A DNA stretch of 64,000 nt from an uncultured delta proteobacterium (GCA_963785725.1 CAWAWS010000005.1:64001-128000); one strand, 5' to 3'. Numbered from the stretch's first letter, positions 26,542-37,128 are shown. Notes: generated from the letters alone by a model not told the origin. Numbers and translations are program-made.

Positions 26542-27864
26542 ATGAAACGGCTCATCCCTCTGGCGCTCGTGATCCTCTCCGGCTGCGGCGGCGACCACGT
26601 GCCGACCCCGGCCTCGTTGACGACGCCCGATCCGACCTACCTCTTCGACACCGACAACGGCCCCTCGTCGCAGCACGTGTTCGCGATCACCAATCAGGGC
26701 GAGCAGGCCACCGAGCCGCTGACGACGCTGCTCAGCGGCGACACCATGCAGTTCCAAATCGTCGACGATCAATGCAAAGACACGAGCTTGGCCGGCGGCA
26801 GGAGCTGCATGATCACGGTGCAGCTGTCGTCCGCGGTCGCCGCCAACTACGCGGCGCAGCTGCACATGACGGCGGCGGGCGTCGCGCTCGACATCGACAT
26901 GTCGGGCCGGGTCTCGCCGGCCACGCTGACGGTGAAGGCGCCAAGCCAGCCCGCGCTCGTCGAGGCCGGCGGCACGACGACGGCGACGGTCACCGTCACC
27001 AACGGCGGCGGCGCGACGCTGCCGAGCGCGATCGTGCTCGCCGACGGCGCCATCAGCTTCGGCACGAGCACGATCGTCAACGACCACTGCAGCGGCGTGA
27101 CGTTGGCCGGAGGCGCCAGCTGCACGTTCGACCTCAGCCTCACGGCCGCCTTCGACGCGGGCGGCGTCGGCACGAATCCGGTCACGGTCAGCGACGGTCA
27201 AGGCGACGCGACGACGGCGCTCGTGGCCTTCACCATCGCCCCCCTGCCGCCGATCGTCGTCACCGACGGTGACTTCGGCGTCGAAGATCCGACAGCCCCC
27301 AACATCAAGACGATCACGGTCGGCAACACCACCAAGACGACGAGCGGCGTCCTCAGCATCGGATTGGGCGGCCCCGATCCCAGCAACCCATTGTTTCCCT
27401 TCGTCTTCGTGCCCGGCATGGACGGCTGCAACGGCGTGGCGCTCGCGCCGCTGGCGAGCTGCACCATCGCGCTCTCGGTCGATCCCACGGCGTCCGCGCC
27501 CAAGCTGTGGACGGGCTCGGTGCTCGCGGTCGTTCCCGCCGGCGGCACCGCCGTCAGCGTGCCGCTCCAGCTGCAAACGACCGTGGGCCACGTGGTCGTG
27601 ACCATGAACGCGGTCGGAACCGCCGGCCACGTCCAGACGCCCTGGGGAAACCTGTGCAACGGCACCGATCCCGCTTGCGGCACCGTGAACGTCGGGCTCG
27701 GCTTCACGACCACCTTCACCGCCGTCCCCGACGGCGCCAACTCCGTCTTCGATTTCTGGAACGACGGCCCTTGCGTCGGCAGCAGCAACCCGGTCTGCGC
27801 CTGGCTGCCACCGGCCGGGGTCGTCTCGCCGTTCAACTGGAGCGCCGAGTTCAAGCCGAAGTAA
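26542..27864 (+). CDS. Lipoprotein with tandem Ig-like (ASH/choice-of-anchor D-like) domains
   Basis: LSGC lipobox; repeated TN.G...D.C.G..LA.G.SC units. Confidence 0.75.
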   Translation: MKRLIPLALVILSGCGGDHVPTPASLTTPDPTYLFDTDNGPSSQHVFAITNQGEQATEPLTTLLSGDTMQFQIVDDQCKDTSLAGGRSCMITVQLSSAVAANYAAQLHMTAAGVALDIDMSGRVSPATLTVKAPSQPALVEAGGTTTATVTVTNGGGATLPSAIVLADGAISFGTSTIVNDHCSGVTLAGGASCTFDLSLTAAFDAGGVGTNPVTVSDGQGDATTALVAFTIAPLPPIVVTDGDFGVEDPTAPNIKTITVGNTTKTTSGVLSIGLGGPDPSNPLFPFVFVPGMDGCNGVALAPLASCTIALSVDPTASAPKLWTGSVLAVVPAGGTAVSVPLQLQTTVGHVVVTMNAVGTAGHVQTPWGNLCNGTDPACGTVNVGLGFTTTFTAVPDGANSVFDFWNDGPCVGSSNPVCAWLPPAGVVSPFNWSAEFKPK

Positions 27865-27963
27865 ACAGCCGTTTACTAAGCTCCCGAGCTCGACCGGAAG
27901 CGAAAGACGGCTTCAGTGCCAGGCAGAATATCGCTCATTCGCCTCGTTCGTCACGACCGCGCG

Positions 27964-29337
27964 TCACGAGGATGCAGCCGATCGCGCGCTCCAATGCCGG
28001 TTTTCGACCACCCGCAAATGGATCGGAGCGCGCGGCGCCATGGTGATGTTCTTGAGCGCGCGCGCGGGCGTCCCTGCCGGCCGCGTCGCCAACTGCAGAG
28101 ACGTCACAATCGTTCCGACGACGATTCGCATTTGATACGCGCCGAACGCCGCGCCGATGCAGCGGCGAACGCCACCGCCGAATGGCGCATATTCGAACGG
28201 CCCGTATTGCCGCGCCAGGAACCGCGCGGGGTCGAAGCGCGCCGGGTCCGGCCATACGTCCCGGTCGGTGTGCAAGAGCGTCGTGGCCACGGCGACGTTC
28301 TGTCCGGGCGCGACCTTGACGCCGCGCAAGGAGAACGGCTGCAAGCAACGCCGCGGAATGACCGGCACGATCGGGTGTAATCGCAGCGCCTCGTTGCAGA
28401 CGGCACCGAGATACGGCTGCTGCGCGAGCTGCTCGGGTGCGGGGCTGGGACCGAGCGCGCCGAGCTCCGCCTTGAGCGTCGCGAGCACGGCTGGCGAACG
28501 ATGCAGATGGAACAGCGTCCACGCCAGCGCAGTCGTCGTCGTATCGTGCCCACCCACGATGAGCGTGCGCAATTCGTCGATGAGCTCGTCCTCGCTGAGC
28601 GCCGAGCCGTCTTCATAACGAGCGTCCATGAGCAGGCTGAGGATGTCCTCACGTCCCGCCGTGCCGGTGCGGCGGCGCGCGGCGATCTCCTGCCGGAACA
28701 GCGCGCACACGGCGTCGCGCGCGGCGACGAGACGGTCCCACGGGCCGAGACCGCAGAGACCGCGGCGTAAGAAAGGCAGGATCAACAGCGCCGGCGTATA
28801 GGCGGACAGCATCGTCGAGATCGCCGTCGTGAACCGCGCGCTCTTGTCCTGGCCTTCGACGCCGAGCACGGCCCGCATGATGACGTGCAGCGTAATCCGC
28901 CGCATGGCGTCCTGGAGGCTGACGCGGTCGGACGGACGCCACGTGGCCAGCTCCGCCAGCGCCGTGTCGCGAATGATCGTGCCGTAGGCGCGCATTCTCT
29001 CGCCGTGAAACGACGGCGTCATCAAGCGGCGCTCGCGACGGTGCTTCTCGCCCGCGAGGAGCAACAGCGAATGTTGCCCCAAGAGCGGCTCCACGGGATT
29101 GGGCGAGACCGGCTCGAAGACGTCCATCGGCGCCGAGAAGATGGCGCGCGCGCCCTCCGGATGGCCGGTCACCAAAATCGCGCCCAGCGACGGCAGCTCG
29201 ACGACGAAGGGATTGCCGCGGCGCGTCCGACACCCTTCGAGATAACGCTCGAGATCGACGGCCATCGCCAGCGCGGCGACGAACCGCGGGCTGCGCTGGC
29301 GCGGAAGGCCCCACTCGCCGCGACGCGCGACGTTCAC
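27964..29337 (-). CDS. Cytochrome P450
   Basis: GGHDTT, EALR, FDPARF, FGGGVRRCIG heme motif; GTG start overlaps the upstream stop. Confidence 0.95.
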   Translation of the reverse strand: MNVARRGEWGLPRQRSPRFVAALAMAVDLERYLEGCRTRRGNPFVVELPSLGAILVTGHPEGARAIFSAPMDVFEPVSPNPVEPLLGQHSLLLLAGEKHRRERRLMTPSFHGERMRAYGTIIRDTALAELATWRPSDRVSLQDAMRRITLHVIMRAVLGVEGQDKSARFTTAISTMLSAYTPALLILPFLRRGLCGLGPWDRLVAARDAVCALFRQEIAARRRTGTAGREDILSLLMDARYEDGSALSEDELIDELRTLIVGGHDTTTTALAWTLFHLHRSPAVLATLKAELGALGPSPAPEQLAQQPYLGAVCNEALRLHPIVPVIPRRCLQPFSLRGVKVAPGQNVAVATTLLHTDRDVWPDPARFDPARFLARQYGPFEYAPFGGGVRRCIGAAFGAYQMRIVVGTIVTSLQLATRPAGTPARALKNITMAPRAPIHLRVVENRHWSARSAASS

Positions 29338-30251
29338 GCGCGCTCGCCGTCGAAGCCCACGGTGAGCGTCGTCAGCAGCGGCCAAATGCGGCCGATGCGA
29401 ACGGCCGCGCCCGGCGCCGCCATCGCGGCGATCGCCTGCAGCTCGGCTTCGGGATAGAACTTGCGCGCGCTGATCACCGCGTCGTGCACCATCGCCGGCC
29501 AGATCGTCAAGAGCGCCGTCCCCGATACGAAGGCGGTGGTCGCCAAGCTCCGGTAGCCGTCGACGGAGACGAAGGCCGTGGTGGCGACCCGGCGCGACTC
29601 GGCGATCATCCGCGCCAGCTGTCCCGGCGAAAAGTGGTGAACGCTCTGCGCCACGAAGATGATGTCGTAGGCGCCGTCGGCGATGTCGCTCATGTCGAAC
29701 GCGTTCAAGTGGCGAAAGGTGACCGGCAGCGCTTGCGCGGCCGCCTTCGCCCGACTGCGCTCGACGTACAGCGGGACGATGTCGGAGCCGGTGACCTCGA
29801 CCGCCAGGCGCTTGGACTTCGCCAGTGAAGCCAGCGCGAACGCGAACCCGCCCGCGCCGCTCGCCAGCTCGAGCACGCGCGCCGGCCGCCCGTGACGTGC
29901 GGCGATCGCGCGCAGCTGCGGCTCCAACAGGGCGAAGAAGCGCCGATAGAACGTGCTCACCGTATTCAACAGGTGCAGACCGAGCGCGATGGCGAGCTTG
30001 CCCCGCTCCGAGTAGCCCGGCTCGTCCAGATGCTCGACCGCGTTGGTGCGCAGCGCCTCGTCGAGCGCGCAGTCGATGCGCGCGAGCGGCCCGGCGGTGA
30101 CGGCGCGCCGCGCCCGCTCCGTTCGCATGCGCGCGATGACGCCGTCGACGTGGCGCTCGAGCGACTCGCCTTGCGGCGCGGGCGGCGCCATCGTGGCGCG
30201 AAACGCGGGGTCATTCAGAACGGAGCGATTGAGCGTTCGCAGCTGCAGCAT
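29334..30251 (-). CDS. Class I SAM-dependent methyltransferase
   Basis: VLELASGAG, GSD, YDIIF...VHHF. Confidence 0.85.
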   Translation of the reverse strand: MLQLRTLNRSVLNDPAFRATMAPPAPQGESLERHVDGVIARMRTERARRAVTAGPLARIDCALDEALRTNAVEHLDEPGYSERGKLAIALGLHLLNTVSTFYRRFFALLEPQLRAIAARHGRPARVLELASGAGGFAFALASLAKSKRLAVEVTGSDIVPLYVERSRAKAAAQALPVTFRHLNAFDMSDIADGAYDIIFVAQSVHHFSPGQLARMIAESRRVATTAFVSVDGYRSLATTAFVSGTALLTIWPAMVHDAVISARKFYPEAELQAIAAMAAPGAAVRIGRIWPLLTTLTVGFDGERA

Positions 30252-30273
30252 CGGTCATCTCCTCGGCTAAGGG

Positions 30274-30798
30274 TCATTCCAGTAGTGCGTCCGGCGCTCG
30301 CTTGCGGCGTCCGGCGCCCGATCGCGGCGGCGGCGGCGGCGTCGCCGGCACCAGCTGATGCGCGATCAGCTTCTCCAACACCGGCGTGAGCGCCCGCTTG
30401 AGCCGCCCCACTTCTGCGAGCTCGACGCTGGTGCTACACAACAGCTGCGTCGGGATGCCGACGGCGCGCCGCTTGAGCGCGCGCCCACGGCGGGTGAGCC
30501 AGTTCTCGACCACCCGATCGTCGGCATCGTTGCGGATCCGATCGATCAGCCCGTCGCTGGCCAGCCGCTTGAGCACCGGCGTGAGCGTGCCGGAATCGAG
30601 CACCAGTCGCTCGCCAATCTGGCTCACGGTCGAGCCGTCCTTTTCCCACAGCACCATCAGCGTCAAATATTGCGAATAGGTGATGCCGAGCCGGTCCAGG
30701 TGCGGCCGATACGCTTGGACGATCAACCGCGACGCGGCGTACAGCGGAAAACAGATCTGATTGTCGAGCTTGAGCACGTCGAATTCGTCTGCGGGCAT
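30274..30798 (-). CDS. ohrR: OhrR-like MarR-family regulator
   Basis: LKLDNQICFPLYAASR...YRP.LD.LGITY.QYL..MVLWE.DG...LDSGTLTP.LKRL, with the redox Cys in QICF; start could also be 30819. Confidence 0.88.
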   Translation of the reverse strand: MPADEFDVLKLDNQICFPLYAASRLIVQAYRPHLDRLGITYSQYLTLMVLWEKDGSTVSQIGERLVLDSGTLTPVLKRLASDGLIDRIRNDADDRVVENWLTRRGRALKRRAVGIPTQLLCSTSVELAEVGRLKRALTPVLEKLIAHQLVPATPPPPPRSGAGRRKRAPDALLE

Positions 30799-30818
30799 TG
30801 CCAATCTCACCAGCCGCA

Positions 30819-32585
30819 TCAGGCGGCGGACGAGACTGTAACCGCATTCCACGCGGCCACGCAGGTCTCGGCGTCCTCGGGCAAGAACGGCGCGAACGGC
30901 GGCATCTCCTCGCGCTGCAAGCGCACCTCGAGCACGCCCGGGCGCGCGCCGCCGTCGGCGTGATAGGCGGCGAGCTGGGCCAACAGCTGCGCCGGCGACG
31001 ACGCGCTGCCGACCCAGAGACGGCCGGGCCCGAGGCCACGCGCCATGCCGGCGATGTCGACCGTGGCGTAGCGCGAGCACTCGAGGCGCGCATCGAAGTA
31101 GAGCCGCTGTCGGGTCGCGCACATGCCGTGTTGATTGTCGTTGAACACCACGAACAGGACGCGCAGCCCGAGGTCGACGGCGGTGTGCACCTCGGTCCCG
31201 AGCATCAGAAAGGCGCCGTCGCCGCACACGACGAGCGTGCGTGCGTCGCGCTCGCTGCCGAGCTGGGCGCCGGTCGCGGCGGCGATGGCGTAACCCATGC
31301 CGCCCTGGCCGAGCGCGATGGTGGTGCTGGTGCCGGCGCGGATCGAGAGCAGATGGAGCGCGGTGGCGGCGCAATTACCGGCGTCGAAGAGGACGTGGCC
31401 GCGCTCGGGCAGATAGCGCTGCAGGATCTCGATGGCGACGCTGGAGCGCAGCGCGTCGCCGCGCGCGGCTTCCGGGCGCAAAGGAGCCGCGATCGGCTGG
31501 ATGCGATAGCGGCGCAGCTCGTAGCCCGCGACGGGCGCGTGGCGGAACGGCTGCTCGGCCAGCCGGTCGTTCAGCCGTTCGAACACGAGGCCGGCGTCGG
31601 CTTCGACCACTAGCGCCGGCTCGCACGCACGTCGCGCTTGGGGCGGCATCGATGTTGACCAGGGCCACCCGGGCGCGCGCGAGGCCGCGGGCGATCGGGC
31701 CGCGCGTCATGACGTCGAGCCCGCTGCCGACGGCGATGATGAGATCGGCCTCGTGGTTCAGATAGTCGTGCGCCGACGGGTGGCCGGCCGCGCCCACGAC
31801 GCCGAGGAAGAGCGGATGATCGTGCGGGAACGCGCCGACGTTGCCCATCGTCGTGACGACCGGGAGCTGCGCGGCGACGGCGAAGCGGCGCACTTCGTCC
31901 GGCGCCGACGAACGCTCGACGCCGGTCCCGAGGATCAGCACGGGACGGCGCGCGTCACGCACCGCCGCAAACAGCCGATCGAGCCCGGCTGCGTCGTCGA
32001 GCGCCGCTGGCACCCGCACTGAATCGAGGAGCGCCGAGACGCTCGACGGACAGGGGCCGACCGGTTGTGCCCACACATCGCGCGGGACCAGGAGCACGAC
32101 GGGACCAGGCCGGCCACTCAGCGCCGCCGTCACCGCCTGCTCGAGGCACGGCCAAAACTGCTCGGGCCGATCGATGCGCGCCACGTGTTTGGTCAACGCG
32201 CGAAACAGGCCCACGGCGTCGACGGTGCGGCCGATGCCGGAGCCGTCTTGGAAGCCGCCCCGCCCTTCCAGGGTCGTCGGCATCTGCCCGACGATGGCCA
32301 GTACGGGGACGCGCTCGGCGTGTGATTCGGCCAGCCCCACGGCGAGGTTCATCATCCCTCCCCCCGAAGTGGCGCAGCAGATCCCCAGAGTACGATTCGT
32401 TCGTGCGCGCGCGTCGGCCATGAACGCCGCTCCCACTTCGGAGCGGGCGAGGACCGAGTGCACCCGCCCCTCCGACCGGACGATGGCGTCGTGGAGATGC
32501 TCGATGTTGGCGCCGCTGACACCAAAGACGTAGCGAGTGTCCCAAACGCCGAGGGTCGCCACACGAGCGCATCGACCAGCTTCAT
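30819..32585 (-). CDS. Thiamine diphosphate-dependent enzyme (acyloin synthase/ALS-like, NzsH-like), frameshifted near 32562 and 31640
   Basis: YVFGVSGANIEH, ARSEVGAAFMAD, TSGGGMMN, GGMGY, GDGAF...FNDN ThDP motif, spread over three frames. Confidence 0.85.
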
Positions 32586-33610
32586 GCGCGCCCGCCGTGG
32601 CTCCGAATCGCCGCGGCCGGCATAGTCGCCGGCGTGCGAAAAGCCGCCGAGCGCCACGCGCGACGCCGCTGCACGATGCGCCCCGCTTTCCACGGCGCGT
32701 TCGATGGCAGACGGGAATGGCCGCGCCGAAGAGGTTCCCGTACTCCTCGAACGTCTCGATCGTGCTTCTCTTCCGGGAGCTCCAACGCTTCACGCCAATT
32801 TCGCAGGAAGAACGGCGTTCGGCTGGTTGGTGATGAGCGCGTCGATCTGCTCGGGTCGAGATCTCCGCCGCCGTGCACGCCTCCCGAATCGATCCTCGGG
32901 GACGAGCGCGTTGCCGCGCATCGATCACGCTGCGCCATGCTGCGATCTCGGTGAAGTCGATGTAGCAGCGGCGTCTGCCGCGGCTCCCAGCACGCTCGCT
33001 CGTCGTCGCAGGTCTACGCGCATGTCGTCGGCGAACTCGGCGTAAGAGCGCTGTCACGACGCTGACAAGATGGGCGACGAGTCGTTGGCCACGAGTAGCC
33101 CCACGCCGCAGCCGTCTCCCGGAACGGAGGACTGCGGGCGAACACGATTCTCGGCGTGCCGGAACACTCGCCCGGCCGCGTTCTGCACGTAGCACGATGA
33201 GCGCCGATCTGCGCGCCCGTGCTCTGCATGAGCGCCGCGCCACCGACATCATGAACACGAAAGACACGCAGCCGCTATTGTGCAAGTCGAAGATCTGACG
33301 TCGGCTGGCAGCCGAGAATCTTGCGTCAGCGACGCCCCGCGCCGGTAAACGGGGAGTCGGGGAGGCTCACGTTGGTGAGAATGAGGTCGACGTCTTTGCG
33401 CGGATCGAGGTTGAGCCGATCGAACAGCTTGCGCGTCGCCCGCTCGATCATGTCGACCGCGGTCTCGCCGTCGGCCACGTGATGACGCAGCCGCGCGCCC
33501 TTGAACATCGCCGGGCGCGGCGCGTCGGGATCGCCGAAGAAGTCGTTGTCGACGACCTTCTCCGGCAGGTAGCTGGCGACGCCGGCGAGGCTGACCGTCG
33601 TGGTCGCCAT
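32582..33610 (-). pseudogene. 3-oxoacyl-ACP synthase III (FabH-like, NzsJ-like) with multiple frameshifts (possibly sequencing errors)
   Basis: ASYLPE, DLHNSGCVSF (active Cys), HQP, YGNLFGA and GGFSHAGDY lie in different frames. Confidence 0.75.
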
Positions 33611-34251
33611 CAGCCGGCCACGCGGCGCGGGTTGAGCGGGAGCCCGTTCTTGTAGCGGTGCTCGAGGATGTGCTTCAGGTTCTGCATCTCGACCCAGTGG
33701 CCGGCGTAGAAGAAGGGCCACAGATCGCCGACCCAGATCTTGCGATCGGCCGGCGCCTTTTCGGGGAACGGATTGCCGTCGTAGAAGGGATGGCGGCAGT
33801 TGGTCCACAGCACGACGGAGCCCGGCTTGTTCAGCACGAGCGGCGCCGGAATCACGCGCATGAGGTAGATCATCCAGAGCTTCTCCGGCTGATCCCACGC
33901 GCAGTGGAAATCGACGGTGAGCGCGTCGGCGTTGGCGACGCACTTCGTGTAGATGTGCGTGGCCCCGCCGATCTTGTCGGTCGAGCGGACGCGGCCTTCG
34001 GCGTCCATGTCCTCGAAGTCGCGCATGCTGAAGGTCCACTCGGCGAGCGTGTAGACGTCGGCGAGGTAGGCGAAGACCTCCTCGGGCGGGCATTCGATGT
34101 GCTCCTCGAGCGTGCAGTAGCGACCGTAGACCTCCTCGTGCGGGTAGACCGCGTGCGTGAGCTCCATGGCAAAGCTGGTCATCTCGTCTTTGCTGAAGTT
34201 CTCGATGCGGCGGACGTTCGCGAGCCCGTTCAGTGTCTCGTCCATTTTCAT
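33610..34251 (-). CDS. SRPBCC/aromatase-cyclase family protein (NzsI/CqsB2 carbazole synthase-like)
   Basis: IECPPEEVFAYL...EWT, TVDFHCAWDQ..LWMIYLMRV, GSVVLWTNC.HPFY, GHWVEMQNLK; first gene of the KAS III/ThDP operon. Confidence 0.7.
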   Translation of the reverse strand: MKMDETLNGLANVRRIENFSKDEMTSFAMELTHAVYPHEEVYGRYCTLEEHIECPPEEVFAYLADVYTLAEWTFSMRDFEDMDAEGRVRSTDKIGGATHIYTKCVANADALTVDFHCAWDQPEKLWMIYLMRVIPAPLVLNKPGSVVLWTNCRHPFYDGNPFPEKAPADRKIWVGDLWPFFYAGHWVEMQNLKHILEHRYKNGLPLNPRRVAG

Positions 34252-34299
34252 CTCACTCCCACTTTGGCGCAGCGCGGCAATGCCATAGCAAGAGCGCTC

Positions 34300-34328
34300 G
34301 ATTGAATGCAATTAAATTGTTCTCAATC
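34300..34328. promoter_or_regulatory. OhrR-type operator
   Basis: GATTGA-ATG-CAATTAAATTG-TTC-TCAATC palindrome; its core matches the B. subtilis OhrR box TACAATTAAATTGTA. Confidence 0.75.
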
Positions 34329-34551
34329 TATTGGCGAATCACGAAATCTTCACAAAGCAGACCCGAGAGAAAATGATTTCACGGGTGCACATTCCAGTGA
34401 GCAGTGGCGACGCCGGCGCGCGCTCGTGCAACGCGAAGGCCAAGCAGATTGCAGCAAGAAACGCGCGGGAATGTCCGCGCTTGGCGTCGAGCCGCGGCTC
34501 ATCGTCACGGCTCTGCCGACGATTCACTGCGTGACACAGGCTGCGATGAGC

Positions 34552-34587
34552 TGCGCACGCTTTGAACAGTGCGCAACGATTGCGCCA
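34552..34587 (+). promoter_or_regulatory. Tandem copy of the recurrent TGCGCA-N3-WTCGNACAG motif (degenerate)
   Basis: TGCGCACGCTTTGAACAG TGCGCAACGATTGCGCCA. Confidence 0.45.
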
Positions 34588-34821
34588 CGCGCGATCGCGG
34601 CGGCGCAAGACGACCTGGCTTCAAGTGGCGCTCGCGAGCATGCAGCGCGCGCCAACGGGTGCGCCGCTGTCGCCGGCGTGATTCTCGACGGCGCCGCCGA
34701 CGGACCTACTGCGGCAGCGACGGGCCGCAGCTTGGGCGGAAAGCCCCGCGGCAGCTCACCGCGCTCGTCGAGCCAGCCGAAGCGTCGCGCTCAGCGCCAC
34801 TGGGACGCCGAGCGCGGCTCG

Positions 34822-35319
34822 TCAATTCCCCGCGCCCGCGTCGCCGGCGGCCGACGGACAGAGCTGCGTGTATTTCGGGCTGCACGACGGCAACGCGAAG
34901 GACGCCGGCCCGCCGACGCAGGAGAACGAGCGCTGAAAGCTCAGCTCGTAGACGGCGACGAGCTGCCCCGTAGCCGAGTCGTAGATGTAGTTGGTGCTGA
35001 CGTCGGCGTTGGTCTGTACGACGTTGACGTAGCTGCCGCAGGTCTGTTCCGACAACCCCGCTGCGCCGGCACACCAGCCCGGCCAGCTCGACGGCTGCTC
35101 GGCCTGCTTCAGCGTCGCGACACACTGCCCCCAAGACGCTTCGGGATGGGCACACCAGCTCGCCAACGACTGAGGGCAGCCGGCGAGATCGGCCGAGACG
35201 GCGAGATCGGCGACGCCGGAGAGGTCGGTCTTCGTCCCGACGTCGCTCAGATCGGGTGTCGTCGAGGTCGCACCGCACGCGCCAATCAGAAAGAGCATCG
35301 GGACCAACATGCTGCGCAT
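34822..35319 (-). CDS. Small Cys-rich lipoprotein
   Basis: LIGAC lipobox; several paired Cys. Confidence 0.6.
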   Translation of the reverse strand: MRSMLVPMLFLIGACGATSTTPDLSDVGTKTDLSGVADLAVSADLAGCPQSLASWCAHPEASWGQCVATLKQAEQPSSWPGWCAGAAGLSEQTCGSYVNVVQTNADVSTNYIYDSATGQLVAVYELSFQRSFSCVGGPASFALPSCSPKYTQLCPSAAGDAGAGN

Positions 35320-35395
35320 TTGACGAACTGTGCCGGCTTTTCGGCGTCGTCGCAATGACGCGGCTCACCGCGATCTCGGGGGCGAGCGACGAATG

Positions 35396-36721
35396 TCAGG
35401 GGTCCCAGGAAAGACCGAGCTCGACAAAGCCGCTCGAGCGCGACTTGAGCAACACGAAGTCGGGATAGGCGTAATAGAGATAATTGACTGCGATATCGAG
35501 GAGGATGCGCGTATCGCCGGGATAACGTGCCTGCCGGAGCACACGCGCCGCGCCGAAGTTGACGATATGTCCGAGCTCGCGACTCAGCTCTTTGTCGGAC
35601 GTGTAGTACGTATATCGATCGGGCGATAATAGATATTTCGAATGATAAAAGTCGGCGCCCGACTGTGCATAAAAACGATAGCCCAGTCGCACGCGCCATC
35701 CCGACGTGACCGCGCGCATCTCGGCGGCGGCCGCCAGGCTTTCGACACCCCAGTTGTCGATGCCGAGCCGGGCTTCGCCATGCAACGCCAATCCCTGCGT
35801 CAGCGAATGCACCCACTCGGCCACGGCCGCGTGGCGCACGCGCAGATTGGGCACCGTCTCGGGCAGCCCGTCCGCCGAGCCGATCGTGTTGGCGAACACG
35901 ATGCGCTGGTTCTCGCCGGTGCTCGTCGTCCAGTCGCCGAAGCGAACGTTGCGATAAGGCGAGCCTTGATAGCCGATCGCTGCCGCACCGTCGTAGCGCA
36001 GGCGCAGCGCGTCGTTGGGCGTGAGCACTTGGGCCAGTCCGGCGGTCCATCCGACTTCGCTCATCCGGCGCGCGAAGGTGCTGTCGAGGACGCTGCTAAT
36101 CCAATTGGCGGTGAACGTGAATCCGGCGAGCAACGTCATCGAGCGCTCCACTGCGTCGATCGATCCGTTGAGACCGCCGCTGACGCTGTTGTAGTCGCGC
36201 TCGTTGGCATACGCGGCCGACAGGTTGAAGGTGTGACCGCGACTGTCGTTCCAGCCCGAGCCCAGCGTTGCCGACAATCGGCGATCGGACATCTTGCCGC
36301 CCGACGTCGAGGTCGTCCCCGACGCGCTCGTCACCACGTCGACCTGGCTCAGCCCGGGCGAAGAGCGCACGTCGACCGAGGCGCTCGATACGACATCGAC
36401 GTCGGCGCTGCCGCTGATGGTCCAGCGTCCCACGCCGCCCGTCATCGCGGCCAGCGCGCGGAAGACGATGGTCTCGTCGCTGTCCGCGTAGAGCCCGAGC
36501 CGGCCGGCACCCGTCACCGGCGTCTTGGCCGGCGCCTCGCGACTGACCGCAGTGTCATCGACCTTGGCCGGCACGGGGCTCGACGGCGACGCCGGCTCGC
36601 GCGCGTCAGCGGCCGTCGCCGCCGCCGGGGCGCTCGGCGGACCGGCGGGCACACCTGATTCCTGCGCGCTCACCGAGGACGCCGCGACACACAAGGCGGC
36701 CACGAAGAGAGCGCGGGTCAA
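35396..36721 (-). CDS. DUF3570-family putative outer-membrane beta-barrel (copy 1)
   Basis: DVVSSAS/DVVTSAS, ERDY.S, GYQGSPYR, YRFYAQ..ADFY, TSDKELS; TTG start overlaps the DUF4266 stop. Confidence 0.8.
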   Translation of the reverse strand: MTRALFVAALCVAASSVSAQESGVPAGPPSAPAAATAADAREPASPSSPVPAKVDDTAVSREAPAKTPVTGAGRLGLYADSDETIVFRALAAMTGGVGRWTISGSADVDVVSSASVDVRSSPGLSQVDVVTSASGTTSTSGGKMSDRRLSATLGSGWNDSRGHTFNLSAAYANERDYNSVSGGLNGSIDAVERSMTLLAGFTFTANWISSVLDSTFARRMSEVGWTAGLAQVLTPNDALRLRYDGAAAIGYQGSPYRNVRFGDWTTSTGENQRIVFANTIGSADGLPETVPNLRVRHAAVAEWVHSLTQGLALHGEARLGIDNWGVESLAAAAEMRAVTSGWRVRLGYRFYAQSGADFYHSKYLLSPDRYTYYTSDKELSRELGHIVNFGAARVLRQARYPGDTRILLDIAVNYLYYAYPDFVLLKSRSSGFVELGLSWDP

Positions 36722-37128
36722 TGACAACCACAGCCGGCACCGGCGCTGCCCGGACCGGCGCTGGAGAAGGTCCCTCCCTCCGTGATGTCGAGGACGGAGT
36801 CGCGCTGGGCTTCGGAAAGCGGCGCCATTTGGAACTGCATCGCCGGGCTGGCCAGTCGTTCGCGTTGCCAGGGATGGACCCGCGCGCAGCCGGAGAGCGA
36901 AAGCCAACAGACGGCTGCCAATCCCCACACACGGCGCTGATGACGAGTCAGTGGGTTCCGCGTACGCCAAGGAAACGAGCTATTCAATCGAGGACCTCGA
37001 TCGTTAGTGCCGCGAAGCTTGCCTTTGAGACAAACGACGTTGCTTTTTGCAGCTAGAGACAAAGATGAGTGCCCAGGCGCACATTCAGCGACCGATGCCG
37101 ACGACCGCTTTGACGATTCCGGGATCAC
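36718..37128 (-). CDS. DUF4266-family small lipoprotein (copy 1); start uncertain
   Basis: LSGC-ARVHPWQRERLA..AM...GAGCGCH; the conserved part begins near 36935. Confidence 0.75.
   Translation of the reverse strand: MIPESSKRSSASVAECAPGHSSLSLAAKSNVVCLKGKLRGTNDRGPRLNSSFPWRTRNPLTRHQRRVWGLAAVCWLSLSGCARVHPWQRERLASPAMQFQMAPLSEAQRDSVLDITEGGTFSSAGPGSAGAGCGCH

Noticed and set aside
34453..34468. sigma54 promoter for the biosynthetic cluster
   Set aside because: The minus strand reads CCGCGCG-TTTC-TTGCT and lacks the invariant -24 GG, so the cluster's membership of the sigma54 regulon is unsupported.
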